Positions 1 to 8,169 of a stretch of 26,540 nt of DNA are shown in pieces; the first letter of the stretch is position 1; each line of letters opens with the position of its first letter. The stretch is from Christensenella sp. UBA1260 (GTDB taxonomy: Bacteria; Bacillota; Clostridia; Christensenellales; CAG-917): contig DBVQ01000012.1 of assembly GCA_002308155.1 (NCBI GenBank), forward strand, positions 3,819 through 30,358, in the 5' to 3' direction. Below the pieces are notes generated by a model. It had not been told where the DNA came from. It did not search any database and saw nothing but the letters and a program-made list of their open reading frames with translations. The translations under genes and the position numbers were made by a program.

Positions 1-1121
1 AAGCGCATATCGGCGATGGCGGCGGCGCGGTCAAGCCCGCGCTCCTCCTCCATTTGCACGATGATGTGCTCAATCATTTCCTTTTCGTTGTCGTCAAGTT
101 GAAGTGCGTCAATGATGAGCTGGTCGCCCTCAACCACCTTGCACGCCGCAAAACGGATAGGGATTTCCGCCGCTTTGGCGTGGTCTTCAATGAGGTGCAT
201 TATGCCGTGCAAGCATCTGTGCACCGCGCCGCCGTGCTCCGTCTTGTCGCAGAAGTCCGTGCGCTCCGGCTTTTCTTGATAGGTTGCAACGTGTATCGCG
301 TGGTTTACAAGCTCGTCAACACCTTGGTTTTTCGCCGCGGAGATTGGCACTACAGGAATGCCCAAAAGTTCCTCCATAGCGTTGACGTCAACCTCGCCGC
401 CGTTGCCCTTGACTTCGTCCATCATGTTGAGCGCGAGCACCATTGGCGTCTCAAGCTCCATGAGTTGCATTGTGAGGTAGAGGTTGCGCTCTATATTGGT
501 TGCATCGACTATGTCGATGATGCCCTTTGGTTTGTTTTCAATGATGTATTTGCGCGACACAACTTCTTCGTCGCTGTAAGGGGAGAGGGAGTATATGCCG
601 GGCAGGTCCATAACCTGCGTGTTCTGGTGGCCTTTAATCTTGCCGCTCTTTCTGTCAACCGTGACGCCGGGGAAGTTGCCAATGTGCTGATTTGAGCCTG
701 TGAGTTGGTTAAACAGCGTGGTTTTGCCGCAGTTTTGATTGCCTGCAAGCGCAAACGTGAGGAGTGTCCCTTCGGGGAGCGGATTTTCCGTCGCCCTTTC
801 GTGATAGCGTCCGCCTTCGCCAAGACCTGGGTGTTCGCGCTTTTGATAGTCATTGCTATCGTTTGCGGTTTGAGAAGGCTCTTCCTTTTGTTTGACATAT
901 GGCTCGCCGACTTCAATCTTGTCTGCGTCAGCAAGGCGCAAAGTGAGCTCATAGCCGTGTATGAGCAGCTCAATCGGGTCACCCATCGGTGCGTATTTGA
1001 CGAGCGTAATCTCAACACCCTGTATCATGCCCATGTCAAGGAAGTGTTGACGGAGCGCGCCTTCGCCGCCGACGGATTGTATGATGGCACTTTCGCCTAT
1101 TTTCATGTCCTTTATTGTCAT
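1..1121 (-). CDS. feoB: Ferrous iron transporter FeoB with N-terminal fused FeoA domain (partial, runs off window start)
   Basis: Minus-strand translation from ATG at 1121 (GAGGG SD upstream): MTIKDMKIGESAIIQSVGGEGALRQHFLDMGMIQG...APMGDPIELLIHGYELTLRLADADKIEV (FeoA/SH3-like). It continues with G1 GNQNCGKT (743-720), G2 NFPGVTV, G3 DLPGIYSL and the NMMD G4 motif. 373 codons are visible with no stop, so it is absent from the ORF track. Confidence 0.97.
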   Translation of the reverse strand, partial: MTIKDMKIGESAIIQSVGGEGALRQHFLDMGMIQGVEITLVKYAPMGDPIELLIHGYELTLRLADADKIEVGEPYVKQKEEPSQTANDSNDYQKREHPGLGEGGRYHERATENPLPEGTLLTFALAGNQNCGKTTLFNQLTGSNQHIGNFPGVTVDRKSGKIKGHQNTQVMDLPGIYSLSPYSDEEVVSRKYIIENKPKGIIDIVDATNIERNLYLTMQLMELETPMVLALNMMDEVKGNGGEVDVNAMEELLGIPVVPISAAKNQGVDELVNHAIHVATYQEKPERTDFCDKTEHGGAVHRCLHGIMHLIEDHAKAAEIPIRFAACKVVEGDQLIIDALQLDDNEKEMIEHIIVQMEEERGLDRAAAIADMR

Positions 1122-1143
1122 ATTTTGCCCTCGTACTATCATA

Positions 1144-1173
1144 ATAATATATCATTTTTTTTGGCGATGTCAA
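1144..1173 (-). promoter_or_regulatory. sigA-type promoter for feoB
   Basis: Minus strand TTGACA (1173-1168), then TG-A-TATATT at 16 nt or TATTAT at 18 nt spacing. Confidence 0.7.
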
Positions 1174-1247
1174 CAAAATATGAAAAATATTTCACATTTA
1201 TTTCAACAACATTTGCATTATGTCCATTTTTGTGCGCAAATTATTTA

Positions 1248-1276
1248 TTGATTATTTATTTACCCTATGATAAAAT
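1248..1276 (+). promoter_or_regulatory. sigA-type promoter with extended -10, divergent from feoB
   Basis: TTGATT (1248-1253), 17 nt, TG-A-TAAAAT (1271-1276). Confidence 0.6.
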
Positions 1277-1322
1277 AAAAATATAATACAATTTGTCCCA
1301 TAATTTTGGGAAAGGAGTGCTT

Positions 1323-2162
1323 ATGGAAGACAGATTCAAGGCGTATCTCATTGAAGCCTTCAAAACAATTGCTCCCACAAAAGCAGCTATGGAATATCGC
1401 AAGCAGACCTTGAAGGCAATGCTTGACAGAGCGCAAGAGCTTCGTATCAAGGGCATGACAGATGAGGAACTCATCTATGACACCGTGCTTGAAGACTACG
1501 AGGACTTTGGCGACAAACTCAAAGAGTTTGAAGCAAGAGAGGTCAAGGTCAACTCCGCAAAGCGCAATGTGCTTCTCGGAGTGGTGCTCTCGGTGGCAGT
1601 GGTTGCAATCCTTGCAATAACCTATGTCATAATCGGCGTCGTTGCGCACGTGTGGCATCCAACGTGGTTGCTCATTGTAGGCGGCATATTTGCAGGGCTT
1701 CTCGTCATATTCGGGCTTGTCGGTGCAAAGGCGGTCAAGAACAAAGAGTTTACAATCCTTCGTTTGCTCATTGCGACAGGGCTGGTGCTGATTTCAGTCT
1801 TTGTGTTCCTCGTTTTGCAACTCGCATCTCCGCTTGAAAACGTGTGGCTCACGTTCCTTGCAATGGTTGCAGTCATCGTTGGCGCAGACACGGCAATCGC
1901 CTTCTTTGTGAACAGCAAAGCAAAATGGATTGAGCTTCCAATCTTTGTTGAAATCTTTGCGATTATGCTCTATGTGATGCTTGGCATACTTGTTCACATC
2001 TGGCATCCGGGCTGGATTCTTTGCCTTGCCGGTGTCGTTGCGGCACTCGCTGAGGTTTGCACTTTTGTTGCAATTCGCAATGGCAAAAAGGACAAAGCCG
2101 AAAAGAAAAAGATCTATGACAAAAACGTCAAAACCGATGAAAAATACTGGAGTGAATGGTAA
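1323..2162 (+). CDS. Membrane protein with permease-prefix-like N-terminal helical domain (279 aa)
   Basis: GAAAGGAG SD before ATG 1323. The N-terminus YLIEAFKTIAPTKAAMEYRKQTLKAMLDRAQELRIKGMTDEE resembles permease prefix domain 1 by eye. About 6-7 hydrophobic segments follow, with two WHPxW motifs. Confidence 0.75.
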   Translation: MEDRFKAYLIEAFKTIAPTKAAMEYRKQTLKAMLDRAQELRIKGMTDEELIYDTVLEDYEDFGDKLKEFEAREVKVNSAKRNVLLGVVLSVAVVAILAITYVIIGVVAHVWHPTWLLIVGGIFAGLLVIFGLVGAKAVKNKEFTILRLLIATGLVLISVFVFLVLQLASPLENVWLTFLAMVAVIVGADTAIAFFVNSKAKWIELPIFVEIFAIMLYVMLGILVHIWHPGWILCLAGVVAALAEVCTFVAIRNGKKDKAEKKKIYDKNVKTDEKYWSEW

Positions 2163-2173
2163 GCAAGTTTTGA

Positions 2174-2227
2174 CACAAACAGCAGTTTATTTGTGCAAAA
2201 ACGTGAAATAAACACGTTGTTTTGCAA
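2174..2227 (+). promoter_or_regulatory. Conserved intergenic element, copy A (paralogous to 5394-5447)
   Basis: 36/54 ungapped identity to 5394-5447 counted by hand, with shared core GTTTAT-n-T-n-TGCAAAAACG-n4-ATAAA and a downstream TGCAA. Confidence 0.45.
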
Positions 2228-2241
2228 ATTTGAGGACGATT

Positions 2242-3540
2242 ATGCCAAAGACTTTGAAAGCTGAAATATGGGACAAGATGCAATATTTGTTCCGCGATTT
2301 TTATGATAGAATGGTGCATTGTGTGCAAATCTATGATGCACCGATTGACGTTGCCGCTTTGAAAAACGTGCTCATTTGGACGACTGAGAAGACGCCTATC
2401 TTGCACTCTTCGTTTAGGGCGAATGCGGTTGAGCCGTATTGGCAGGTTGAAGAGTATACGATTGACGATATCTTGAAAGTCCAGCTTGACTGCGAGGACT
2501 TGGACGAGGTTGTTGACAGATTTATTTGTCAGTCAATCCCAGTTGACAACAACGTGCAATATAAGGTGGCGGTTTTTTCGGATGGCAATCGTTGGGCACT
2601 TGCCATGATTGTCAACCATATGTGCATGGACGGCGGCGACTTCAAATACTTTATGAAGAAACTCGCCGAAAACTACAACAAGCAAATTGCAGGCGAACGC
2701 GGGTTTATTATAAAGACGGGCAGTCGTGCGCTTGACGAGGTCTATTCCAATCTGACGGAGGAAGAGCAGGAGATTGCAAAGGGGCTGTACAAAAACATCA
2801 GCGCCGTCAAGGATGAACACTATTTCCCGCTCACGCCTTCTTCAAAAGACGACCATACCATGATTTGCAAGCGCAAGGTTGAAAAGGAGCTGTTTGACAA
2901 CTTCAAGGCTATCGGCAAAAAGTTGGATGTCACAGTCAACGACCTCATGCTCGCGTTCTACATCCGCGCGCTCTATGATATCGGCATGTTCAATGACAGC
3001 GAGAGACTTTCAATCCCTTGCATGGTTGACTTGCGCAGACACATTGAAGCAGGCGGCGCAAACACGGGGCTCACCAATCATACGGGATTTATGGTGTGCA
3101 GTGTTGAAAACAAGGGCGAAACCATCAACGACACACTCATCAATGTGCTTCGCTCCGTGCGCAAGAGCAAGGATGACCCGTATATGGGGCTCTATTCTTT
3201 GCCGCTCCTCAAGCTCGCCTATGCAGTGTTCCCGCAAGTTATCAGTGAGACCGCAATAAAAATCGGCTATATGAATCCGCTTATCGGCATGTCCAACATC
3301 GGGCTCTTGAACGATGCGCTCTTAAAACTCGGCGATGCAAACCTCATTGACGGATTTATGACGGGGGCAGTCAAATTCAAGCCGTATATGCAACTTGCTT
3401 TGACAACGGTCAAAGGCGTCATGACAATGACGATTGCAATAAGGGGCAATGACGAAGACAAAAAGATTGTTGAAAAGTTCTTTGACTTGATTGTCAAAAA
3501 TATGCAGGACTTTGTTGAACTCAACAGGGACAAACTGTAA
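2242..3540 (+). CDS. Stand-alone condensation-domain / CoA-dependent acyltransferase superfamily protein (432 aa)
   Basis: GAGGA SD before ATG 2242. It has the NHMCMDGG (HxxxDG) active-site motif at 2614-2637, TVNDLMLA and PCMVDLRR motifs typical of the family's second subdomain, and the expected ~430-aa length. Confidence 0.8.
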   Translation: MPKTLKAEIWDKMQYLFRDFYDRMVHCVQIYDAPIDVAALKNVLIWTTEKTPILHSSFRANAVEPYWQVEEYTIDDILKVQLDCEDLDEVVDRFICQSIPVDNNVQYKVAVFSDGNRWALAMIVNHMCMDGGDFKYFMKKLAENYNKQIAGERGFIIKTGSRALDEVYSNLTEEEQEIAKGLYKNISAVKDEHYFPLTPSSKDDHTMICKRKVEKELFDNFKAIGKKLDVTVNDLMLAFYIRALYDIGMFNDSERLSIPCMVDLRRHIEAGGANTGLTNHTGFMVCSVENKGETINDTLINVLRSVRKSKDDPYMGLYSLPLLKLAYAVFPQVISETAIKIGYMNPLIGMSNIGLLNDALLKLGDANLIDGFMTGAVKFKPYMQLALTTVKGVMTMTIAIRGNDEDKKIVEKFFDLIVKNMQDFVELNRDKL

Positions 3541-3561
3541 AAAATCCGCTTAATAAATCAA

Positions 3562-3596
3562 GGCGTATTCACATGAATACGCCGTTTTTTATTTTT
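3562..3596 (+). terminator. Rho-independent terminator
   Basis: Perfect 9-bp stem GGCGTATTC-ACAT-GAATACGCC followed by GTTTTTTATTTTT, just after the 3540 stop. Confidence 0.85.
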
Positions 3597-3620
3597 GGCG
3601 ACAAGAAAAATATTTTTGTC

Positions 3621-3649
3621 TTGCAACTTGCCATATTGTGTGATACACT
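3621..3649 (+). promoter_or_regulatory. sigA-type promoter with extended -10
   Basis: TTGCAA, 17 nt, TG-A-TACACT, with an AT-rich UP-like tract at 3605-3618. Confidence 0.6.
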
Positions 3650-3680
3650 AAGATATATCTTTATATAAAGGGGGCAAATT

Positions 3681-4595
3681 ATGACATTTGCACAATTTTT
3701 GTTTGTTGCAATCGACAAAATGTTCGATGGCGGCCAAAACAAGAAAAAAATGCTCAGATTCAAAGACGTAAAGTTTGAAATCGAAACGGACGTTCCGTAC
3801 ACCGAGGGCGAATATTGCAAACTCGACACCTACTATGTCAAGAAGGACAACGACGAGAAATATCCTGTTTTCTTCTATATCCATGGTGGCGGATTTGTCG
3901 CAGGCGACAAGTATCACAGACGCGGCCTTGCAAAATGGGCAGCGGCAAAGGGATTCTTTGTTGTCAACGTCAACTATGCACTTGGCCCAAAGGAACTTTT
4001 CCCACTCGGTATTCAACACCTTGTGACAGCTCTCAACTGGGTTGGCCAAAACGCAGAGAAGTATAATCTTGACCTTGACAATATGTGCGTCTCTGGCGAC
4101 TCAGCAGGCGGCTACTATTCTGCAATGCTTGGCTGCATCTGCGGCAACAAAGAGTTGCAACAACGCTTTGGCGTCCAAACGTCTCTCAGATTCCGCACAG
4201 CACTTCTTGACTGCGGCATTTATGACATTGACGAAGCACTCTCTCACAAGATGCCGTTCAGACTTACAGACAGAATCTGCCATGACTTCACAGGCAAGCA
4301 CGTGAAAGAGCTTGAGACGTATGAGTGGACAGACGTTCTTTCTCCTCTCAAACTCGTTGATGAAAACTTCCCAACAAGCTTCATTACATATGCTGAGAAG
4401 GATATGTTCTGCAAAGGACAAGGTCAAAGACTCATTGAAAAGCTTGAAGGGCTTGGCGTGCACGTAGAGTCTCATCACTCCACAAAGTTTATGGACAATC
4501 ACTGCTATCCTCTCAATTGGGACAAGGGTGCGGCAATTGAAAACATCAAACTCAGTGATGATTTCTTGAAGCGCGTAGTGGCAAAAGAAGTCTAA
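3681..4595 (+). CDS. Alpha/beta hydrolase, HSL/GDXG family esterase-lipase (304 aa)
   Basis: HGGGF oxyanion motif (3882-3896), VNYAL, GDSAGG nucleophile elbow (4095-4112), candidate Asp (EKDMF) and His (NHCY). AAGGGGG SD. Confidence 0.92.
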   Translation: MTFAQFLFVAIDKMFDGGQNKKKMLRFKDVKFEIETDVPYTEGEYCKLDTYYVKKDNDEKYPVFFYIHGGGFVAGDKYHRRGLAKWAAAKGFFVVNVNYALGPKELFPLGIQHLVTALNWVGQNAEKYNLDLDNMCVSGDSAGGYYSAMLGCICGNKELQQRFGVQTSLRFRTALLDCGIYDIDEALSHKMPFRLTDRICHDFTGKHVKELETYEWTDVLSPLKLVDENFPTSFITYAEKDMFCKGQGQRLIEKLEGLGVHVESHHSTKFMDNHCYPLNWDKGAAIENIKLSDDFLKRVVAKEV

Positions 4596-4632
4596 AGCCG
4601 CACTATTTGGCGAACAACTGCGTCAGGTTTGC

Positions 4633-4671
4633 GTGCGCTCAGCGTCATGTGCGCTCAGCGTCATGTGCGCT
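4633..4671. repeat. 16-bp tandem repeat, 2.4 copies
   Basis: GTGCGCTCAGCGTCAT GTGCGCTCAGCGTCAT GTGCGCT, exact, intergenic. Confidence 0.9.
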
Positions 4672-4745
4672 TCGAGTGAGCACTTTTCTCGTCACTCATC
4701 CAAAACTGAACAGTTTTAAATTAAAACTGGCAATAAATAACACCA

Positions 4746-5384
4746 ATGAGCGAAAAACCAATCTTTACGCCGTCTTCGTATCATACTAACGAAAGTGCTC
4801 TTTCGTCCAAGTATACCGAAGACGAAATTATGCATGCAAGAGCCGAAGTTGAAAGAGAACAGGCAAAAAGGCACAAGCGTTTGCATGCGCTTGAAATTGC
4901 TTGGGCGATAATTTCAACCATCTTCGCAATCATATCAACCGCAATCCTGCTTGCAAAAAACTGGGTTGAGGGCGCAGTGTCGTATGCCATACTTGGCATA
5001 CTCATTGCCTATATAATTGTGTTTTTGGTGCTCTGCGCATTGGTGTACAAAAAGCCGGACAGCGACCTGAGCTTCAAGGTTTACGGCAAAACAATCAAAA
5101 TCTTCAAGGCGCTTGCAAGCATTGCTTTCCTTGTCCTCACTGCGATGACAATGGCTGCAATGGTCAAAGAAAACAAGCATCTTGACCTCGCTCAATGGGC
5201 AATCTTTATTGGCAACTTGTTGGTTGCGGTTGTCAAGCTTGTCATAAAACTTGCGTCTTTGATCTCCTATCTGACAATACGTCACACCTCCAAACATTAT
5301 AGCGTGCAAGTGTCAAGATATGTTGACGGAGAAGAGCAAAAAAAGACGTTTGCCGACAGGCACGAAGAGAAGAAGTTCAAATAA
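4746..5384 (+). CDS. Hypothetical membrane protein, about 4 TM helices (212 aa)
   Basis: Long ORF with four hydrophobic segments and charged termini. No clear SD, so the start codon is uncertain. Confidence 0.7.
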   Translation: MSEKPIFTPSSYHTNESALSSKYTEDEIMHARAEVEREQAKRHKRLHALEIAWAIISTIFAIISTAILLAKNWVEGAVSYAILGILIAYIIVFLVLCALVYKKPDSDLSFKVYGKTIKIFKALASIAFLVLTAMTMAAMVKENKHLDLAQWAIFIGNLLVAVVKLVIKLASLISYLTIRHTSKHYSVQVSRYVDGEEQKKTFADRHEEKKFK

Positions 5385-5393
5385 AAATAATCG

Positions 5394-5447
5394 CACAACA
5401 CGGCGTTTATCTTTGCAAAAACGATGCATAAAATGCCTATTGTGCAA
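5394..5447 (+). promoter_or_regulatory. Conserved intergenic element, copy B (paralogous to 2174-2227)
   Basis: See copy A. It lies 40 nt upstream of the GH127-like gene. Confidence 0.45.
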
Positions 5448-5487
5448 TGACATGGCAAACACATATCAGCTTTTATAGGGTGATAAA

Positions 5488-7437
5488 TTGGCAAAATCGG
5501 TTGACAAAAACTTGAGAAAATTGCCGCTTGGGGCAATACATCCCGAAGGGTGGCTTCAAAGTCAAATGCTTGCGATGTGCTCTCTGCAAAAGAGGCTGGG
5601 GGCACTCTCAGGGCTTGTCAAAAACGGCGAGTGGACAGGCGGCGAATATCTGCCGAGATATTTCCGCGGGCTCGTGCTTTTGGCATCCGCTCTTGACGAC
5701 AAGGATTTGAAGGACAAGGCTCGCAGTTTTCTGTCTCCGATTTTGAACTCGGCAAACGAGGGCGGCGATTTTGGTCCGAAGCAGGCAAGAAGTTGGACGC
5801 CAAAGATTGAGGGCGTGAAGGCCCTTCTCACATACTACGAGTTTTCGCATGATGAGAAGGTGTTGCACTTCCTCAAAAAGTTTTTCAAAAACCAGTTCAA
5901 CACTTTTGCTGTTGCGCCGACGTGGTACAATTCTCGTGCGAGATTGCTTGAAGAGATCCTCGCCATTGAAGCTGTGTATCGCGAGACTGACCTTGAGTGG
6001 TTGCAGGACCTTGGCGAAAAACTCAGAGACAGCAGCAACGATTGGTTCAAACTTTCGGCAAAGTTCCCATACAAGCAACCTGCATACAAATATTTGAGCA
6101 CAAGCAAGTTGAAGCGTCTTCAAAAGATGATTGAGGCGTACGAGCCTTATGAGCTCCCACCAAAACTCAAACCATACACGTTTGATCTCGTTGAAAAGGA
6201 GTGGCGCAAAAAGTCGCATCAGGTTGCAATTGAGACAGACGGCGTCAATCTTGCCAAAGCAGTCAAATATCCTGCCGTCTATGGCAGATTTGTAGGTGAT
6301 GACGAGCTCAAGCATCTTTCGCAAAAACTCGTGCAAGCGCTTGACCGCTATCACGGGACGCCAATGGGTATGTTTGCGTGTTCTTCACGCCTCGGCGCGC
6401 CTTCGGCGACAGAGGGGATTGACGTTTTGGCATCCGTTGAAATGCTGGAATCCTTGGTGGAAGTCGTCAAGGAGACGGGAGATTATTCGATTATGGATTT
6501 GGTTGAGCGCATAATCTTCAACGTCATTCCGTCGTCGTGCTTTGAGGATTGTTCCGCCGTGCAGGATTTGGTGCTCGTCAACCAGATTGAGGCGTCCAAT
6601 GCGCGCAAACTCCCGTACGCGGACGAGGACAACGCCTTCTATACAAAGAAAGTGACTCGCGGAGCGGTTGCGGTGCTTTCCGCATACCCGCTGTATTTGC
6701 AGACCGCGTGTATGATAAAGAACGAAGAAATCAACTTTTTGACATACACTCCTTGCAAGATGGACTTGACAATTGCAGGATGTCGTATGAAGATAACCGA
6801 AAGCACCGGCTATCCGTTCAGAAACACCGTCACCTTCAAAGTTGACCACGTGGACGGCGAGCCGGAAGTTAAAATTAACTTCCGTGCCCCAAAAAACACC
6901 GTGATTCAACTCATATCCGGCGGACAAATTGTGGCGACCGGCACAAAGCAGATTTCTGTCAAGTGCGTGCTCAAGACGGGCAGTACGTTTATGATAAAGC
7001 TCAGCATCCCACTTGTTGCGGAAGAATCGGCAAAAGGGCTGGTCAGTCTGTTCAAGGGCAACTTGCTCATGTGCGAAAAAGTTCCTGCAGACATCAAACT
7101 CACTGCAGAGGACAGACGAGTGTTTTATATCAACTTCAAAAAACGCTGGACAATCGCGCCTATTCTTTCAAAAAAGAATACAAATGGCGTGCGCACCTTG
7201 TTTGAACAGGAGAGAACAGTTGTTCACGAAATCGGCGACAGCCCGTTCTCCTTTGAAAATCCGCCTTTTGAGTTGCTTGTGAGGTCAAAAAATATCGCAA
7301 ACTGGGACTATGATGTCAATGGTTTTGCCGAAATCCCCAAAAAACCGGCTTTTTCGGAAGAAAGCTTGGAGAGGGCATATATTCCGTGTGGGTGCTCGTT
7401 GCTCAGAATCGCAGAGTTCCCAAAATGCTTGAAGTAG
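5488..7437 (+). CDS. GH127 (beta-L-arabinofuranosidase)-like protein, apparently catalytically degenerate (649 aa)
   Basis: TTG start after AGGGTG. N-terminal LPLGAIHPEGWLQSQM, GVNLAKAVKYP, LVNQIEAS and TGYPFRNTVTF match GH127-like patterns recalled by eye. The Zn-binding Cys positions appear substituted. Confidence 0.75.
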   Translation: MAKSVDKNLRKLPLGAIHPEGWLQSQMLAMCSLQKRLGALSGLVKNGEWTGGEYLPRYFRGLVLLASALDDKDLKDKARSFLSPILNSANEGGDFGPKQARSWTPKIEGVKALLTYYEFSHDEKVLHFLKKFFKNQFNTFAVAPTWYNSRARLLEEILAIEAVYRETDLEWLQDLGEKLRDSSNDWFKLSAKFPYKQPAYKYLSTSKLKRLQKMIEAYEPYELPPKLKPYTFDLVEKEWRKKSHQVAIETDGVNLAKAVKYPAVYGRFVGDDELKHLSQKLVQALDRYHGTPMGMFACSSRLGAPSATEGIDVLASVEMLESLVEVVKETGDYSIMDLVERIIFNVIPSSCFEDCSAVQDLVLVNQIEASNARKLPYADEDNAFYTKKVTRGAVAVLSAYPLYLQTACMIKNEEINFLTYTPCKMDLTIAGCRMKITESTGYPFRNTVTFKVDHVDGEPEVKINFRAPKNTVIQLISGGQIVATGTKQISVKCVLKTGSTFMIKLSIPLVAEESAKGLVSLFKGNLLMCEKVPADIKLTAEDRRVFYINFKKRWTIAPILSKKNTNGVRTLFEQERTVVHEIGDSPFSFENPPFELLVRSKNIANWDYDVNGFAEIPKKPAFSEESLERAYIPCGCSLLRIAEFPKCLK

Positions 7438-7449
7438 GAGAGAAGTGTC

Positions 7450-8022
7450 ATGAAAACGCTGGAAAGAAAGTATTCTAAATCCGAACGAATTGTCGCAAAA
7501 GCCAAGTTTTCAAATCTTGTGTTTTTGAGGCAGTTGCTTATCGCGCTTATTCTCGGTGGAATTATCGCCGTGCTTTGGGTGTTTGGTGGACAAATCGTTG
7601 ATTTCATCAACGCAAAGCTCAACAAATCCATTTTGCTCTCAACTTATCTTTCGGGGCTCAAATGGGCAGTTTTGGGATGCGCAGGCATAGTCCTCGTGCT
7701 CGTCATTTTGCAAGCGATTTCCTTGTATAGCAAGGAACTTATTGTCACAGAGGATAAAATCGTCATGCGCTACGGCGTTTTTGACGTGCAAAATGCAATA
7801 ATCCCACTCGGCGAAATCCGTATTGTAGAGTCAAAACAACGCTTGTTCCAACGCATCTTGCACACAGGCGACATCAACATAGTTTCTGATGCTGAAAAGC
7901 CCTACATCGTCAAAGGCATAACCGCCTCCGACCGCCTCACAAGACGCATAATGCAGCAGATGAATTATAACAAGAAGAGTGGGGATAACAAGCGGATGCG
8001 CCTAGTTCTCTCTTCTAGATAA
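7450..8022 (+). CDS. Membrane protein with bacterial PH (bPH_2) domain (190 aa)
   Basis: Two TM segments, then LIVTEDKIVMRYGVFDVQNAIIPLGEIRIVESKQRLFQRILHTGDINI. The AGGAG SD overlaps the previous stop codon, so it is probably co-transcribed. Confidence 0.85.
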   Translation: MKTLERKYSKSERIVAKAKFSNLVFLRQLLIALILGGIIAVLWVFGGQIVDFINAKLNKSILLSTYLSGLKWAVLGCAGIVLVLVILQAISLYSKELIVTEDKIVMRYGVFDVQNAIIPLGEIRIVESKQRLFQRILHTGDINIVSDAEKPYIVKGITASDRLTRRIMQQMNYNKKSGDNKRMRLVLSSR

Positions 8023-8061
8023 AAACCGCACAGATTGGCGAATAGCATTGTCAACTTTAAC

Positions 8062-8090
8062 AAACGCCACCAAGATGGTGGCGTTTTTAC
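8062..8090 (+). terminator. Rho-independent terminator
   Basis: 10-bp stem AAACGCCACC-AAGAT-GGTGGCGTTT followed by TTAC. Confidence 0.7.
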
Positions 8091-8130
8091 TTGCTTTGCG
8101 TTGTGCAACCCTAAATAAAGCACCCCACAA

Positions 8131-8169
8131 GCTCGTACTGAGTGCAGACCGGGGCACTTCGGGGACTCC
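8131..8169. repeat. 39-bp direct repeat, copy 1
   Basis: GCTCGTACTGAGTGCAGACCGGGGCACTTCGGGGACTCC, 37/39 identical to 8449-8487. Confidence 0.92.

Noticed and set aside
1136-1200. Fur or DtxR box upstream of feoB
   Set aside because: Only one half-site-like TCATAAT matches within AT-rich DNA, with no convincing 7-1-7 inverted repeat.
54-1286. Plus-strand ORFs 54-695 and 705-1286, and minus-strand ORF 509-1018
   Set aside because: They are antisense or out-of-frame to the clear feoB gene.
2242-3540. NRPS cluster
   Set aside because: No adenylation, thiolation or thioesterase domains are seen in the window.
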